Shown piece after piece: positions 1 to 11,610 of a DNA stretch of 64,000 bases. Where the stretch lies: contig JBHGNT010000004.1 in NCBI GenBank assembly GCA_043228905.1, positions 17,856,001 through 17,920,000 on the forward strand, written 5' to 3'. The position numbers were made by a program, and so were the translations under genes. The stretch's first letter is position 1, and each line of letters starts with the position of its first letter. This DNA is from Azolla caroliniana (lineage: Eukaryota > Plantae > Polypodiophyta). Below the pieces are notes generated by a model. The model saw only the letters and a program-made list of their open reading frames with translations, did no database searches and was not told the DNA's origin.

Positions 1-1423
1 CTATTCTTCCCGAGATCGCTGGTAACGCCTATTGTTATGGAGTTTCTGTCGATAATCGCGAGGATTTACCTGGTGATGCTCCTCTTCCGAACTCTTGTCA
101 TGGAGCTGCTAATTTCATGATTGTCAGTTTCCGCCGTATCAGCGTGCTTCGGCCTTACCACCGCGATTATTGGCGGGACGCCAGTTGTCGTAGCGTCGTC
201 CACTTTGAGGACTATAGCGGTCATTTCATAGGTCATCCTCATCCTCCTGATCCTCATCCTTAGAATATGGGTCATTGTCGTGGTGAGGATGGTTGGGACG
301 ACCCGAATGATTATTGCGCTCCGAATTCCGGTAGCGCTCATTTGGTCAATTGTTGTCGTGTTGTAGGTGACGACGTTGCGGCTTGATACGGCGTACTGGC
401 GATACATGGCGATTTAACATATTATATTCAGATTGATCCATCGTATGCACTGGCGAGTGACAAATAGGACAGTGGATTCGCATGTTGCAATCCACGACGG
501 AGTGCCCTGAGTTTAAACAGATCATGCATTGGATGGCCTGTCGGAATCGGTACTCCTCGTCTTTAGGTACAACGCTTGTCGTAACAACGCCGTAGACAAC
601 CCATCGTCCAACTCAAGCTGTAGGGCCCTTTCGATAACTTTGTTCGTTGTTTGTCCCGTGAAGTTTTGCATTCCCTATGTCATCCGTAATGGACGACGTA
701 AGGCAGCCAAAAACATTTCTTTTGCTTCGTCTTCTATGGGAGCTCTTGTCAGTTGGCGCCGTAGATTCTGGAACCGTAGGCTGAAGTCAATGACAGACTC
801 TTGATGAAGTTGTTGAATAGTGTAGAATTCACCAATAATCTCGTGTTGCGGAATGCTTTGGTGAAAGAAGCGTAAAAATGCTGAGCACAGTTCGTCGAAG
901 GAGGCAAAAGTTGCGATGTCGAGTTGGGAATGCCAACTGGCGGCACCTCCGTCGAGGGTCAAACCAAACTCCGCGATTTTGGAAGCATGAGCTTCGGCTT
1001 CTGGCAGTCGTTGTGACAGATGATTTGCGTTCCAAAATTCAGGAACGATCGAGCGTGGTCATGGGCGTTGGTGTCTCCACTGAAGCGAGGGTATGAGAAA
1101 ACCATCATAGTAGACTAACTGGTGTTGAGGTAAATACCGCCGACGTGGTGTGGGGAGGTTTGTGATGTGGTGGTCGTTTCACTATAATGGTGAAGTGGGG
1201 ATAGGAACTCCTGCTTTGTCCCACTTTGCTCGGTGAGCGTTGACTCGAGTGTATTTTCGGAGAGAGTCGAAAAGTGGTCGTTGAGACGTGGTTTTTGCGT
1301 AGCGCGTTCCTTTGTCTTTCAATTTACAGACTGGGTCTGTGGTTTATCCTGATGAATTGGTTCTCTTTTGCGTCGACGAGTAGACATCCATTCCTTGATG
1401 TTTGGCTCTAAGAATCACATACA

Positions 1424-1436
1424 ACCAAGCGTGCCA
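1424..1436 (-). promoter_or_regulatory. Primer-binding site of element A (tRNA-Arg-like)
   Basis: Minus strand reads ...GGTAACA-ATT-TGGCACGCTTGGT, close to the complement of the plant tRNA-Arg 3' end (recalled as TGGCACGCCTGGT). Confidence 0.7.
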
Positions 1437-1439
1437 AAT

Positions 1440-2353
1440 TGTTACCAGCTAGGGTAAACACGGCCTACCCTCGATCCATCGGGGTACGACTCAAGAGGAT
1501 TGCAGTGCACGAAATGGAGTGTGTAAGGCGGCGGTCATGAACAACTATGAGCCTAGGGAAAAGGGAATGAGGACAACGGTTACAACCGATCTCCTTGCAC
1601 AAGGCGTCACCTTTACATAGACTTCCTTACATAATTAATCACGCATAGAGATTACGCAAATAGATAAAAAGAGAGACACATCGATTCGGGACAACACAAC
1701 TATATTTCAGAGTTTCAACAAAAAACTACATTGCCTTTTATAGGTTACCCATGCCCTCTATATATAGGGGTCGTGGTCAGTTACGCTTGGTGTGAACTGT
1801 TACAACGTTCACAATGCTTCAATTTTACATTTCATTCTATGCTTCCCTCATCATTATGCTACGGTACTTTCTTTCTTTTTGGTAAAATCACACAATTATA
1901 TTAATTGCATGTAAAAAAACCCCTATTACAACTTGTAAGTCAACTTTACATATCTACATAGAGAGATACATATTCATATCATTACAAACTATGAATATGT
2001 CTCTCGACATCCCCTAACCTTTCTTATCAGACCAAATGACGAATGTGATGTCCAACTAACTTACATACTAGTCTCTCCTCATGATTGAATATCCTTGACA
2101 TCTCCAACAATGAAAATTGCCATAAAAGGAACCCCTTCAATCTCAACACAAAATAGTGTACTCCCCTTTGTTCGTCAAATATAAAAGTATTTCGTATATG
2201 CCAAATAAACCAAAGCCCATAATACCTCAAATAATCCAAAATAATCTGAAAAGAAGGTGAAAGACCTCCTTCGCATATGCTACAGTACTTTCTCTCTCCA
2301 TGCCTTCGCCCTGTTCTAACCTTTCCCACTAGGCCGACTTTAGGCGGACAACA
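1440..2353 (-). repeat. 5' LTR of element A, interrupted by a LINE fragment
   Basis: TG...CA termini; collinear similarity with 4448-4468 plus 13673-14100; minus-strand TATA (CCTATATATAG) near 1757-1768. Confidence 0.75.
1868..2329 (-). mobile_element. 5'-truncated L1-like LINE fragment inserted in the LTR of A
   Basis: ORF 2027-2329 carries LWFIWHIRNTFIFD, the WxIWxxRNxxxF motif typical of plant LINE ORF2 C-termini. An A-rich tail lies on the minus strand at about 1868-1880. No clear TSD, so the boundaries are approximate. Confidence 0.65.
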
Positions 2354-2411
2354 ACATGCATAGACGAACCGACGCTTGAAAGAAAAGCAACGGATTTTGA
2401 GAAATGATATC

Positions 2412-2853
2412 TGTGAATGTTAATGTGCGGAAGTGTCAGATAGAATTGGCTCAACCGGATAGCAACAGAAAATGAGATAAAGGTTTAATGGAAGAGCTTA
2501 AAACACAGAGTATATATGGGAGAGACAGAGAGAGCATAATATAAAACTATATTAAAAAAAAAATAACTCTAAAACTCTGCACATACCACGTGCTAAATAG
2601 CACTATTTATACAAGTCCATAAAGGACTGAGAGAAGTACTGACAGGTACTTCAATACTCACACGTGCGACTGACACTAACTACGAGACAATGATTACCTA
2701 GTAGTCTAGGCTACTACTAGGCTTCCGGCTCTCCGATCTGGCCAGTTGTTTCCGAATACCATCCGGGTAACAATCCAGCTCATCCTTCCAGATGTCGATC
2801 TGGCTCAGGCTTATTCAGCCGATCCGACTCCGGTTGAGCTTGCTCACTCAACA
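2412..2853 (-). repeat. 3' LTR of copia B
   Basis: Direct repeat of 29988-30446; TGTGAATG...CTCAACA. Confidence 0.95.
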
Positions 2854-2984
2854 CTCCCCCTCAAGATCAATTTGAGGTCAGATCGTGGTGTTAGTGTCCG
2901 CGGTAGCCGGCTCCTTCTGGCATTGCTCCGCCTCGCTAGCGTTCCTCGTCCGGTTTAGTCTTGTTTTCTGTGACCCTTCTGGTT

Positions 2985-4447
2985 CTACGCACCTCGGCCT
3001 CCTCGGTTGGCTTGCTTGCTCAACAAGCCCATTTTAGCTCCCTCGCTATTGCGACTCCGGCGCTTGTCGACCTGTCGGTTCCTTCGGGTTGGCGTCGACT
3101 TCCACTTCGTCCGTGTCCACTTGGCCTTTAGTTGATCTGGCTTCTCCGAATCTTGAACCGAATCAGTTTCCTTCGATTCATTCCAGCTCTTGTCCGAGTC
3201 GGTGTTCTCCAACTCGTCTTCTAGTTTCAGTCCCTTCACCACACTGGACCACGTCCGGGTCTTGGCCGTTTGCTTCTGGTCAACTCTGTCCTTCTTGACT
3301 TTGCCGCCGCTGCCGCTTGTTCCGACCTTTTCCGATGTGCCGACTCCTTTGGTCGGCTCGGCTTCCTTTTTCCTCTTGTCTCCCCCTTTATGGGTTCTTT
3401 CTTCCTCTCAAGTTCCTTGTCCGGTCCCATCCATTCCCTTTCCTTCTTTCCCCCTCAAGTGTGGCACGTCGAGATACTGAACACCAAGCATTTCGGTGAA
3501 CTGTTGCAACTTGTCCGATCTGAGCGGTTTGGTGAAGATATCGACAACTTGCCGATCCGTCTGAACATACTGAAGTTCAACTTCACTGCTCAAAACCCAC
3601 TCGTGCACGAAGTCATAATGCACTTCTATGTGGTTTGTTCGAGCATGGAACATGGGGTTCTTGGTGAGCTGAATGTTGCTCATGTTGTCACAGTAGATCA
3701 GGATTGGAGTTGGTACCACAATCCATAGGTCTTGTAGCAGTCGCCGAAGCCAAATGGCTTCACAGGTGGCATTGGTAACGCCCTAGTACTCAGCCTCAGT
3801 GCTCGATAGAGCCACAGTTGGCTACTTTTTGCTGCTCCGCGCAACAGCCGTGCTACCTAGAGAAAACATGCAACTGGAGGTGGATCGGCGATCCGATGCA
3901 TCACCAGCCCAGTCGGCATCGGTATATCCGACTAGCTTCCCAACTATACCGTGTCGGTATAACAGTCCCCTATCCTTCATGCCACTAACATACCGGAGTA
4001 TCCAGTATGCGCACTGAAGGCGCCTGACGGTCGGCCTCTACATGAACTGGCTTATCACTCTGGCCGGGTAACTGAGGTCGGGTCAAGTGATTGTCAAGTA
4101 TATCAGGCTTCCGACAATTTGTCGAAACCGTTTCTCATCGCAGGCCCGTCCAGAGTTGGGATAGAGCTTCTGGTTCCGGTCCAAGGCTGTGGAGACAAGT
4201 CGGCACTCCGTCATTCCAAACTTGTACAACATATTTAACACATAGTGTCATTGTGAGAGCAATATGCCATCGGGGGTTTGGATCACCTCGATCCCAAGAA
4301 AATAATGAAGGTCCCCTAGGTCCTTCATTTCAAATGTGTCTGACAGCTGGGACTTTACATGGACGATTTCATTGAGTTCGGGTCTCGTGATGACTAAATC
4401 ATCAACATAAAGTAGGATGCAAACCGGACTGTCCGGAACTTGCCGGA
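2985..4447 (-). pseudogene. pol: Copia B pol: RT C-terminus, RNase H and charged tail (disrupted)
   Basis: ILLYVDDLVIT, MKDLGDLHYFLGIEV and IYCDNMSNIQLTKNPMFHARTNHIEVHY motifs, with stops and frameshifts. Confidence 0.9.
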
Positions 4448-4877
4448 TGTTACCGACTAGGAACACGGTGTCGTGAAGAATTTCGGCCAGAGGCGGAAAC
4501 CAGGAAATATTGGCTACATTGGTGGGGTGCAGCATGTGCGCTCACCCTTGTACATTTAGTGTGAATAACGAGGGCGCATTTATGGCGCCGAAGAGTAATC
4601 AAGTCGGGATTTATCCCACGATGCTACGGATCCCTCTCCTTGTTCTATAAAAGGAAGGGAGCGCCCTTGGTGAAGGGGTTGCCCATTTTTGGTAGTAGGG
4701 TATACCGTTAAAGGAAGAAACGTTTTCTCTTCCTCTTTCTTTTCTCTGGTTTTAGGGTTTCTTCTTGTTCTCCTCTGCTTCTTCTTCGTCGTTCTATGTG
4801 TCGAACCTTGGACTTCATCCTCCGAGATCTGCGTTGTCTGCCCATGCTCGATCTTGCCTTGGTTCAGTGATGCTTCC

Positions 4878-5891
4878 TTAGGGATGATGGCCAGGTTGCT
4901 CCTGTTGTGGCTCTTTCGGTTCTTCCGAGGACTCGCGGTTGAGTCGTCTTCTCTTGCTTGGCTGTGTTTGGGGTTCCGGGGCCGGTAGTGTCGTTTCCTC
5001 CGCTTTCTTCCTTTTCTGGGGTCTTGGTGGTGCAGCCTGCTGTGTGTTGGGGCGTGGGCTAGGCCCTGGGGACGTTACCGAGGGGCGCGAGGTTGGCTGT
5101 CGAATGGTGACTTCATCGGCCGTGTTGTCTTCCGCGGCTACCTCCTCCTCCCATTCATGGCAGGTCTCGGAAATTGCCCTTTTTTGTTGGGGTTGGGTGG
5201 GTGGTGGTGTAGATGCAAGGTTTTGGTCGGCGGCAGGAGGTGAAGGCGATGTGGGCTCCTCCCATGCTTCGTGGCTGCTGGCAACGAATTTCTCTCTCTG
5301 CCTTCGTGGTGGTGGTGGGGACGTGAGTGTGCGAGGGGAAGGAAGAGAAGAGGGTGGGTATAGAACCATCAAAAAGTGGGTAAGAATAGACAACATCTTC
5401 TTACCGGATTGAAATGAAGCTAAGGCGGCGCGGAGTCCCTCACCTGTGATGATTCCCCAATCGATTCTGTTTCCTTCATACGCGCTGATGATGATGGTTG
5501 CCTTGTTCTGCGGCATGCTCGTTGGGTTCGTATGCACGAACGCGTACTCCATTAATATACGAGCAATCTCCCCGAAAGCTTTGTTGGGACCGCCATACGT
5601 ACGATAGGCCTTCCATGGGGCTGAGTACTCACCGAAGTACGCCTTCATCTTTGATGCCGGGGGTATGTCGACCTCATGGTCCCCTCCCCGTTGCAGGTCC
5701 AAAACAGCCCGAAGCACGTTGTTGGTGATGGCTTCGGGAGTTATACGTTTAGCCACACCTTGGGCATCTGGGGCATCGATGATCTTCCAGGCGCGGGTTT
5801 CTGTTGAAGCGGTAAGAGGCATGGTGGAGATGGAGATAGGGTTCGACTGTGTGGAAGCGTGATGAAGAGTGATGAGGCGAGGGCGAGACAC
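4878..5891 (-). CDS. Extra ORF downstream of integrase in B2 (N-terminal globular domain plus Pro-rich linker), probably truncated
   Basis: 337-codon ORF, likely ATG at about 5822 (MPLTAST). The AYEGNRIDWGIITG motif resembles plant transposon-protein domains of Athila/Tat extra ORFs. Confidence 0.65.
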   Translation of the reverse strand: MSRPRLITLHHASTQSNPISISTMPLTASTETRAWKIIDAPDAQGVAKRITPEAITNNVLRAVLDLQRGGDHEVDIPPASKMKAYFGEYSAPWKAYRTYGGPNKAFGEIARILMEYAFVHTNPTSMPQNKATIIISAYEGNRIDWGIITGEGLRAALASFQSGKKMLSILTHFLMVLYPPSSLPSPRTLTSPPPPRRQREKFVASSHEAWEEPTSPSPPAADQNLASTPPPTQPQQKRAISETCHEWEEEVAAEDNTADEVTIRQPTSRPSVTSPGPSPRPNTQQAAPPRPQKRKKAEETTLPAPEPQTQPSKRRRLNRESSEEPKEPQQEQPGHHP

Positions 5892-6435
5892 AGGAGGAAC
5901 AGCAGGAAGGGGAAGTCCAGCAGAGGGGTTATGAGAGCGAAAGAGGGCTTGAGAGCAAGAGTGTTTAGCACGATGAGGGCGAGACGGGGTTTCTGAGCTT
6001 GAGAGCGATGGAGATGGGGAGCGATAATGAACTTCTGTGTCTGTGCTACGTTCTGGAAACGGTTTTAGTAACGTACTCCTAGGGTTTTGTGCCTAAAGCG
6101 AATCCTGAAGATTCTGAGTCGTGGGTGCCATAATAAGTGACTAGCACCACGTGTCCTGAAGGTGAGTGGGGTGCTTCTAGTGCTTTGCATGTGCTTAAAT
6201 AGGTAGTAAATGAGTGGTGGCGAGGGGTGCTCCTAAAATTGTGGGTGCCTTGGTGGGTGGTGTAGGTGTAGCTAAACTATGGTTAATCCTACCTACTACT
6301 ATTTTTATTAATTTCAAGAAGGTGGTTGAGTCCTTATTCAGGGGGACACGTGGCCTCCTCCGTGGTGGCCTCCCGAAACTCGTTTGTGCCGTGTGGCTTG
6401 GTAAACGGGTTGGTTGGTGTAGTCCCTCGATATGG

Positions 6436-7779
6436 TCAAAGTCGGAAACCATTGGCCCAGCTTTTGACAGTGTCGCCGGCGAGTGTGCCGAGTTGGAACG
6501 TCCCGTTAAACTCGTCGTTAATCCAGAATGGACCAGTCCACCGAAATCTTAATTTTCCCGGCATTGACCCGAGTCGTGTTTGGAAAAGAAGAACTAGTTT
6601 GCCGATGGTGAGCTCCTTCTCCAGCCCGTGTCGATGTCGATCCACGAAAGCCTTGCGTTGCCGTTGGCGTTGCTCGAGCTGGGCCATACTCTCTATCCTA
6701 TCTTCGCCGAGTTCGAGGAGTTGTTCCAGCCGGTGTTGCTCGGATTGGGCCTCGGGGAGCCGTGCTTTGACTTGAACTCGGAGGCTCGGGACTTGGAACT
6801 CGACGAGCATTACGGCTTCTAACCCGAACGCCATTCGAAAGGGGGTTGATTGGATGCTTGTTTTGAAAGTCGTACGATACGCCCACAACGCGCTCTGGAG
6901 TTTGTCATCCCAATCGGTCCTGTTTTCATTGACGATCTTCTTCAGTATGGTTTGGAGGATTTTATTGGTTGATTCCGCCAAGCCATTCGCCTGCGGGTAG
7001 TATGGTGTGCTTTTCTTGTGCACCACCGCGTAGTGGTGTGTAAGCTCACGTATTAAATGATTGATGAAGTGCCCACCTTGATCACTAACGAGCTCGATTG
7101 GGCATCTGTAACGACACCAGAGATGCTCATACACGAATTTAGCCGTGGATGCTGCCATGTTATCTCGGAGTGCCTTAGCCTTGACCCATTTGGTGCAGTA
7201 ATCTGTGGCAACGATAATATACCTATTCCCTGTTCGGGCCGCGGGTGGTTTGAAAGGGCCTACAAAATCCAAACCCCATTTTTGAAATGGGTCCAACGGA
7301 AGAATCGGCTGGTGTGGCATCTGTGACTGTTCCATTGGTTGCCCCAGTCGTTGGCACAAATCGCACTGCCCGCAAAACTCGTGAGCATCTTTCTTCGTTG
7401 TCAGCCACCACAATCCACTTTGCCAAACTTTCCTTGCCGTGGAATCCCTAGCGTAGTGCCCCCCAGCTACTCCCTAGTGGGCTTCCTGAAGAACGGCGTC
7501 CTTCTCGAATTGTTGAATCGCTCGACGCCATATACCGTCTGAGCCTTTGTGGTAGAGAATGTCCGAGACAAGGCAAAAATTCCGGCTACGCACTGCTAGG
7601 CGTTTTCTGGTGTCAAGAGTCATGTGCTCGGGAGGTACACCGGTAGTGAGAAAATGGGTCATCTCCATGATCCATTCATCTCCGTTATCGTCTAGTATCG
7701 TGGTCAGGCTAAATAGGTTGGCGTCCGGTAGCTCGTCGTACGTTGTTTTCGCCGGTTCTCCTGACTCAAGACGGCTCAA
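6436..7779 (-). pseudogene. pol: B2 integrase
   Basis: HHCC (CGQCDLCQ), WGLDFVGP, LVSDQGGHF, QANGLAE and GPY/F (RWTGPF) motifs; interrupted by a stop near 7474. Confidence 0.95.
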
Positions 7780-7821
7780 GTAGTCGGCGACGGCATGTTG
7801 TACCCCGGGTCGATGCTGAAT

Positions 7822-9450
7822 CTAAAAATCAAACTCTTGTAGTAGGAGCATCCACCGAGCCAACCGTCCGGTGAGAGCTTTCTTATTGAACAAATAAAGA
7901 AGGGCCGAGTGATCCACGTGAAAGGTAAATTTTCGGCCCAAGAGGTAATGCCGAAATTTATTGATGCTATAAATCATACCGAGGGCCTCCCGCTCGGTGG
8001 TGGAGTAATTCTTTTCCGCGGTGGAGAGCCATCGGCTGGCGTAGTACACGGGCCTATACCAATTCGGGGGTGTGCATTGCATCAACGCACTTCCGATGGT
8101 GATGTCTGAAGCATCTACGAAGACATGAAACGGTTCGGACCAAACCGGGGACTGGACCACCGGGGCATGTGACAACATTCGTTTCAGGGTCTGATAGGCC
8201 GTGTCCTCGATTGACGTCCATTGGAAAGGAAGGCGATGGACTGCCGCGTGTAAAGGTGTCGCGAAATCGGCCAGGTGTCGTATCATTCGGTTGTGCCACC
8301 GGACTTGTCCCAAAAAACGGCTTAGCGCCTTAGCGTTCGAGGGTGCGGTGGCATTCAGGATTGCCTTTACTTTATCCGGGTCCATAGCGATGCCTTCCTG
8401 ACTGACAATGTGGCCGAGAAGGTTGCCGCTGATGACTAAGAACGCGCATTTCGCCGGGTTTAAACTCAATCGAGCTTGGCGACATCGGTCCAGGCAGAGT
8501 CGTAACTGGGTCATGTGTTCCCGTCGATGGCCATACACGGTGAAATCGTCGAGAAAGACTTGCATGAACGCTGGAATGTAGTCATGAAAGATTTCGGTGA
8601 TGATGCGCTGGAACGTAGCCGACGCCGTTTTTAGATCGTACATCATAACTTCGGCTACAAACACACCCCATTCCGTGACGAAAGCGGTTTTCTCCTGATC
8701 CTCCGGGTGCATTCTTATCTGGTTATAGCCGCTGAACCCGTCGAGGAAACTGTAGCATTCGTGGTCGGCTACCGTGTCGAGGACGCTATCCGTGAATGGG
8801 AGAGGGAAACCGTCGGTGACTGTTGCCGCGTTAAGCTTCCGATAGTCGACGCAGATGCGGATTTTTCCGTTCTTCTTTGGGACCACTACGATCGGGCTCA
8901 ACCATGTGGCCTGTTTAACAAGGAGAATGAAGCCTACTCGGAGTAGTTTGTCAATTTCCTCTTTGACTTTAGCGGCGTAGTTGGGTTTCATCCTGTAGCG
9001 CCTCTGCTGAACCGGCCGAGTGTCGGGTAAGATGTGAATTTGATGTTGGTAGTATTGAGGATCCAGCCCCTTCATATTGTTGTAAGACCAAGAGAAAACA
9101 TCATGGTATTCGGTGAGTAATTTTACGAGGCATGCCCGTTCTCCGGTTGGTAGATTATTGGCAATTTGTAACGTACGGGGATTCTCATCCGAACCGAGGT
9201 TTATTGTTTCCAGGGTTGATGCTTTCACTCGTTGTGAAATTGCGAGTTCGCGTTCGAAAGCCTCCCGAGCATGACGTAGCTCGGCAACTGTGGTTGCATC
9301 TGGTTCCTCCTGAGGTGGTGACTCCTCCGTGACTTCATCGTCTTTAGATGGCTCAATGGTTGGTAAGGCATTGATTTCGAAGAGAGGGATGATCGTGGGA
9401 TGATCATCTAGGAAGTCATCGACCTCCTCATCGGCCAACCCGTCGAGCAT
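7822..9450 (-). CDS. pol: B2 reverse transcriptase and RNase H
   Basis: SPIVVVPKKNGKIRICVDYRKLN, LDGFSGYNQI, VFLDDF, VDASD, NYSTTEREAL and VDHSAL motifs. Confidence 0.95.
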   Translation of the reverse strand: MLDGLADEEVDDFLDDHPTIIPLFEINALPTIEPSKDDEVTEESPPQEEPDATTVAELRHAREAFERELAISQRVKASTLETINLGSDENPRTLQIANNLPTGERACLVKLLTEYHDVFSWSYNNMKGLDPQYYQHQIHILPDTRPVQQRRYRMKPNYAAKVKEEIDKLLRVGFILLVKQATWLSPIVVVPKKNGKIRICVDYRKLNAATVTDGFPLPFTDSVLDTVADHECYSFLDGFSGYNQIRMHPEDQEKTAFVTEWGVFVAEVMMYDLKTASATFQRIITEIFHDYIPAFMQVFLDDFTVYGHRREHMTQLRLCLDRCRQARLSLNPAKCAFLVISGNLLGHIVSQEGIAMDPDKVKAILNATAPSNAKALSRFLGQVRWHNRMIRHLADFATPLHAAVHRLPFQWTSIEDTAYQTLKRMLSHAPVVQSPVWSEPFHVFVDASDITIGSALMQCTPPNWYRPVYYASRWLSTAEKNYSTTEREALGMIYSINKFRHYLLGRKFTFHVDHSALLYLFNKKALTGRLARWMLLLQEFDF

Positions 9451-9516
9451 ATGGACCCCTTCCGCGTATAACGGCGAAGTGTTGAGGGCGACGGGGACTC
9501 ATTCTTCAGTGATGAT

Positions 9517-10353
9517 TCAGATTTTTGTCTTTCCCCTTCGGAACGAGATCATGTTGCGTTGCCAATGTTGCTTGATATTCGTTGTACGCAACCATGGTCG
9601 ACCTAGTAACATTGGGTAGGCGCCTTGTGTCTCCAGTCTTAGCACGACGGCCGAGATCGTGAACATGTGGCCTCCGAGTGTGAAGTCGAGATGGCGGATT
9701 AAACCAATGGGGCGAACGGAGCGGGTGTCGGCCATCCGAAGCCAAAAGGGGCATGGTTCCCATTGATTCAAGCCGAGGTTGAGACACGTTGACTCGCTAA
9801 TAACGTTTACGCCGGATCCGTCGTCGATGATGCATCCGTGCAGGTTTTGTCCCTTAATGATGATTCGCACGGCTGGGTTCGGAGAATCCATGAGTGGTGG
9901 ACAGGTTCCTGCTTCGGTGAGGTGTACCGGTGGCGTCACGGGCTTAGTATTGGCCTGGAGTGCCGCCAGGGTGTCCCGAAATCTCGGCATGAGTGGTAGT
10001 AGTTTATGTAGGGGCAATGAGATGCGGGAGTTGGTAAGAACATCCCATAGCTTGTTGTCCTCCGACGATGTGGATGGTGGCGAGGTTTGTGGTACTTCAC
10101 TGGGCCCGTCTCTCATGTCAGCTTGCATGCGTACAACATTATTTTTATTGGCCGTGTCGATCCATTCTTTTGCTGCCTGACGTACTTCATCCTGGATTTG
10201 CCACTGAGTAGTCTGTGCTTTACTCCGGGTAGTGACCGTTTGAACATCGGCCATGATACTGTTCACCGCGGGTGCCTTGCCATGGTTGGTTGTCGGACAT
10301 TGCGTGGCGTAGTGGCCTGGTTGATTACATTTAAAACATTTCACGTTGGCCAA
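9517..10353 (-). CDS. B2 zinc knuckle and aspartic protease
   Basis: CFKCNQPGHYATQC; IIDDGSGVN and MLLGRPWL protease motifs. Confidence 0.9.
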   Translation of the reverse strand: MANVKCFKCNQPGHYATQCPTTNHGKAPAVNSIMADVQTVTTRSKAQTTQWQIQDEVRQAAKEWIDTANKNNVVRMQADMRDGPSEVPQTSPPSTSSEDNKLWDVLTNSRISLPLHKLLPLMPRFRDTLAALQANTKPVTPPVHLTEAGTCPPLMDSPNPAVRIIIKGQNLHGCIIDDGSGVNVISESTCLNLGLNQWEPCPFWLRMADTRSVRPIGLIRHLDFTLGGHMFTISAVVLRLETQGAYPMLLGRPWLRTTNIKQHWQRNMISFRRGKTKI

Positions 10354-10368
10354 GCTGCTGGTGTCCGC

Positions 10369-11610
10369 TCAGTCTATGTGTGGAAGTTGTTGTTGTTGAT
10401 TCTCGGTCTCGTTTGGTGGTGGGTTGTTCCGAAGTGCGTTGGAGTTGCGCTGGTCATTTTGAGGAGCGTCCCGTCGGCGGTTGTCATTAGGTCTTCTATT
10501 GTTGCGTGTGTTGTGGTTGCCGTTTCGCCGATCAATGCGTGAGTTCCATCGGTCATACCGGTCATCGCGATCGTCATCATATCGGGCATAATCGTCGTGC
10601 CGGTCATCGCGGTAATGATCACGACGGTTATCACGTCGGTAGTCGTCGTCTTGGCGTCGTCGATCCGGGTATCGCGGTTGGTCGTTATCCTGGTCTTGGT
10701 CGATATATCGCTCGTCCTGCCGAAAGTATGTATTTCGTGGCTCGATCTGGCGGACCGGTGCCGCCATTGTGCGGTTCAGCATGTTATATTCGCATTGCTC
10801 GATCGTGTGAGCTCGAGACTGACAGATCAGACACTGTGGTCGGTGGGGACATTCGAGGGCCAGGTGCCCTGACCCTGAACACGCAGTGCATTGGAGGGAT
10901 TGGCGAAAGCGATTGTCCTCTTGGGGAAGAGCGTTTTGCAAGGATGTCATCGAGAAGGTCATGTCGTGCTGGTTCCGATCGAGGGCGAGAACGCGCGCTA
11001 TGACTTGTTCGATCGTATGGTTGGCAAAATTTGTAAGTGTGAGAGTCGTTCGTAGAGGCTCTCGTAAACTGGATAGGAAAGTGTCCGATATATGTTGTGC
11101 TGAGACATCATCGACCACTTGTCTGTAGAGATCCTGGAACCGGATCGTGAACTGCGCGACCGTTTCGTGCGGTTCCTGGCATATAGAGAAGAATTGCCGG
11201 AGCAGTTCCCGTTTAGGCACCTCGCGATGAAACAGTTCAAGGAACTTTGTGCGCACGATTTGGAAAGTGATGGCCTCTCCTATTTCGAGGCGAGAGTACC
11301 ATCATGCGGCCGGTCCATCGAGGGAGAGTGTGAACTCGGCAATCTTTGAGGCATCGATTTCGGCCGGCGTGAGGCGGTGAGTGGAGTGGTTAGCCTGCCA
11401 CGTGGATATGAAGGCACAGACGTGTGACTCCGCGTCTGGTCCGTCGGTGTATCGTGGGTTTGGGTACGACATGATGTCGTACTGTGGGTCTTCTGGTAGC
11501 ACCGGAAAAGGGTTTAGTTCCGGTTGATTGACCTCCGGAGGGCTCGACGGGGGTTTTGGTGGTGAATGAATTCGCGATCGAGTGTCCGGTGGCGAGGATT
11601 GCATTGGACA
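10369..11610 (-). pseudogene. gag: B2 gag (capsid, paired Cys-His boxes, Arg/Asp-rich tract)
   Basis: ORFs 11302-11844 and 10369-11256; QEPHETVAQFTIRFQDL; CTACSGSGHLALEC and CLICQSRAHTIEQC. Confidence 0.9.

Larger units (their letters stand above)
1..2353 (-). mobile_element. Ty3/gypsy element A (Athila/Tat-like), 5' part only: 5' LTR, PBS and degraded gag; continues beyond the left window edge
   Basis: Gag fragment at 675-962 (LDGGAASWHSQL...FSLRFQNLRRQL) is homologous to the B2 gag. Cys-His boxes at about 430-530 are followed by an Arg/Asp-rich tract. LTR runs 1440 (TGTTACC) to 2353 (GGCGGACAACA), with both ends matching the element C LTR. Confidence 0.85.
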
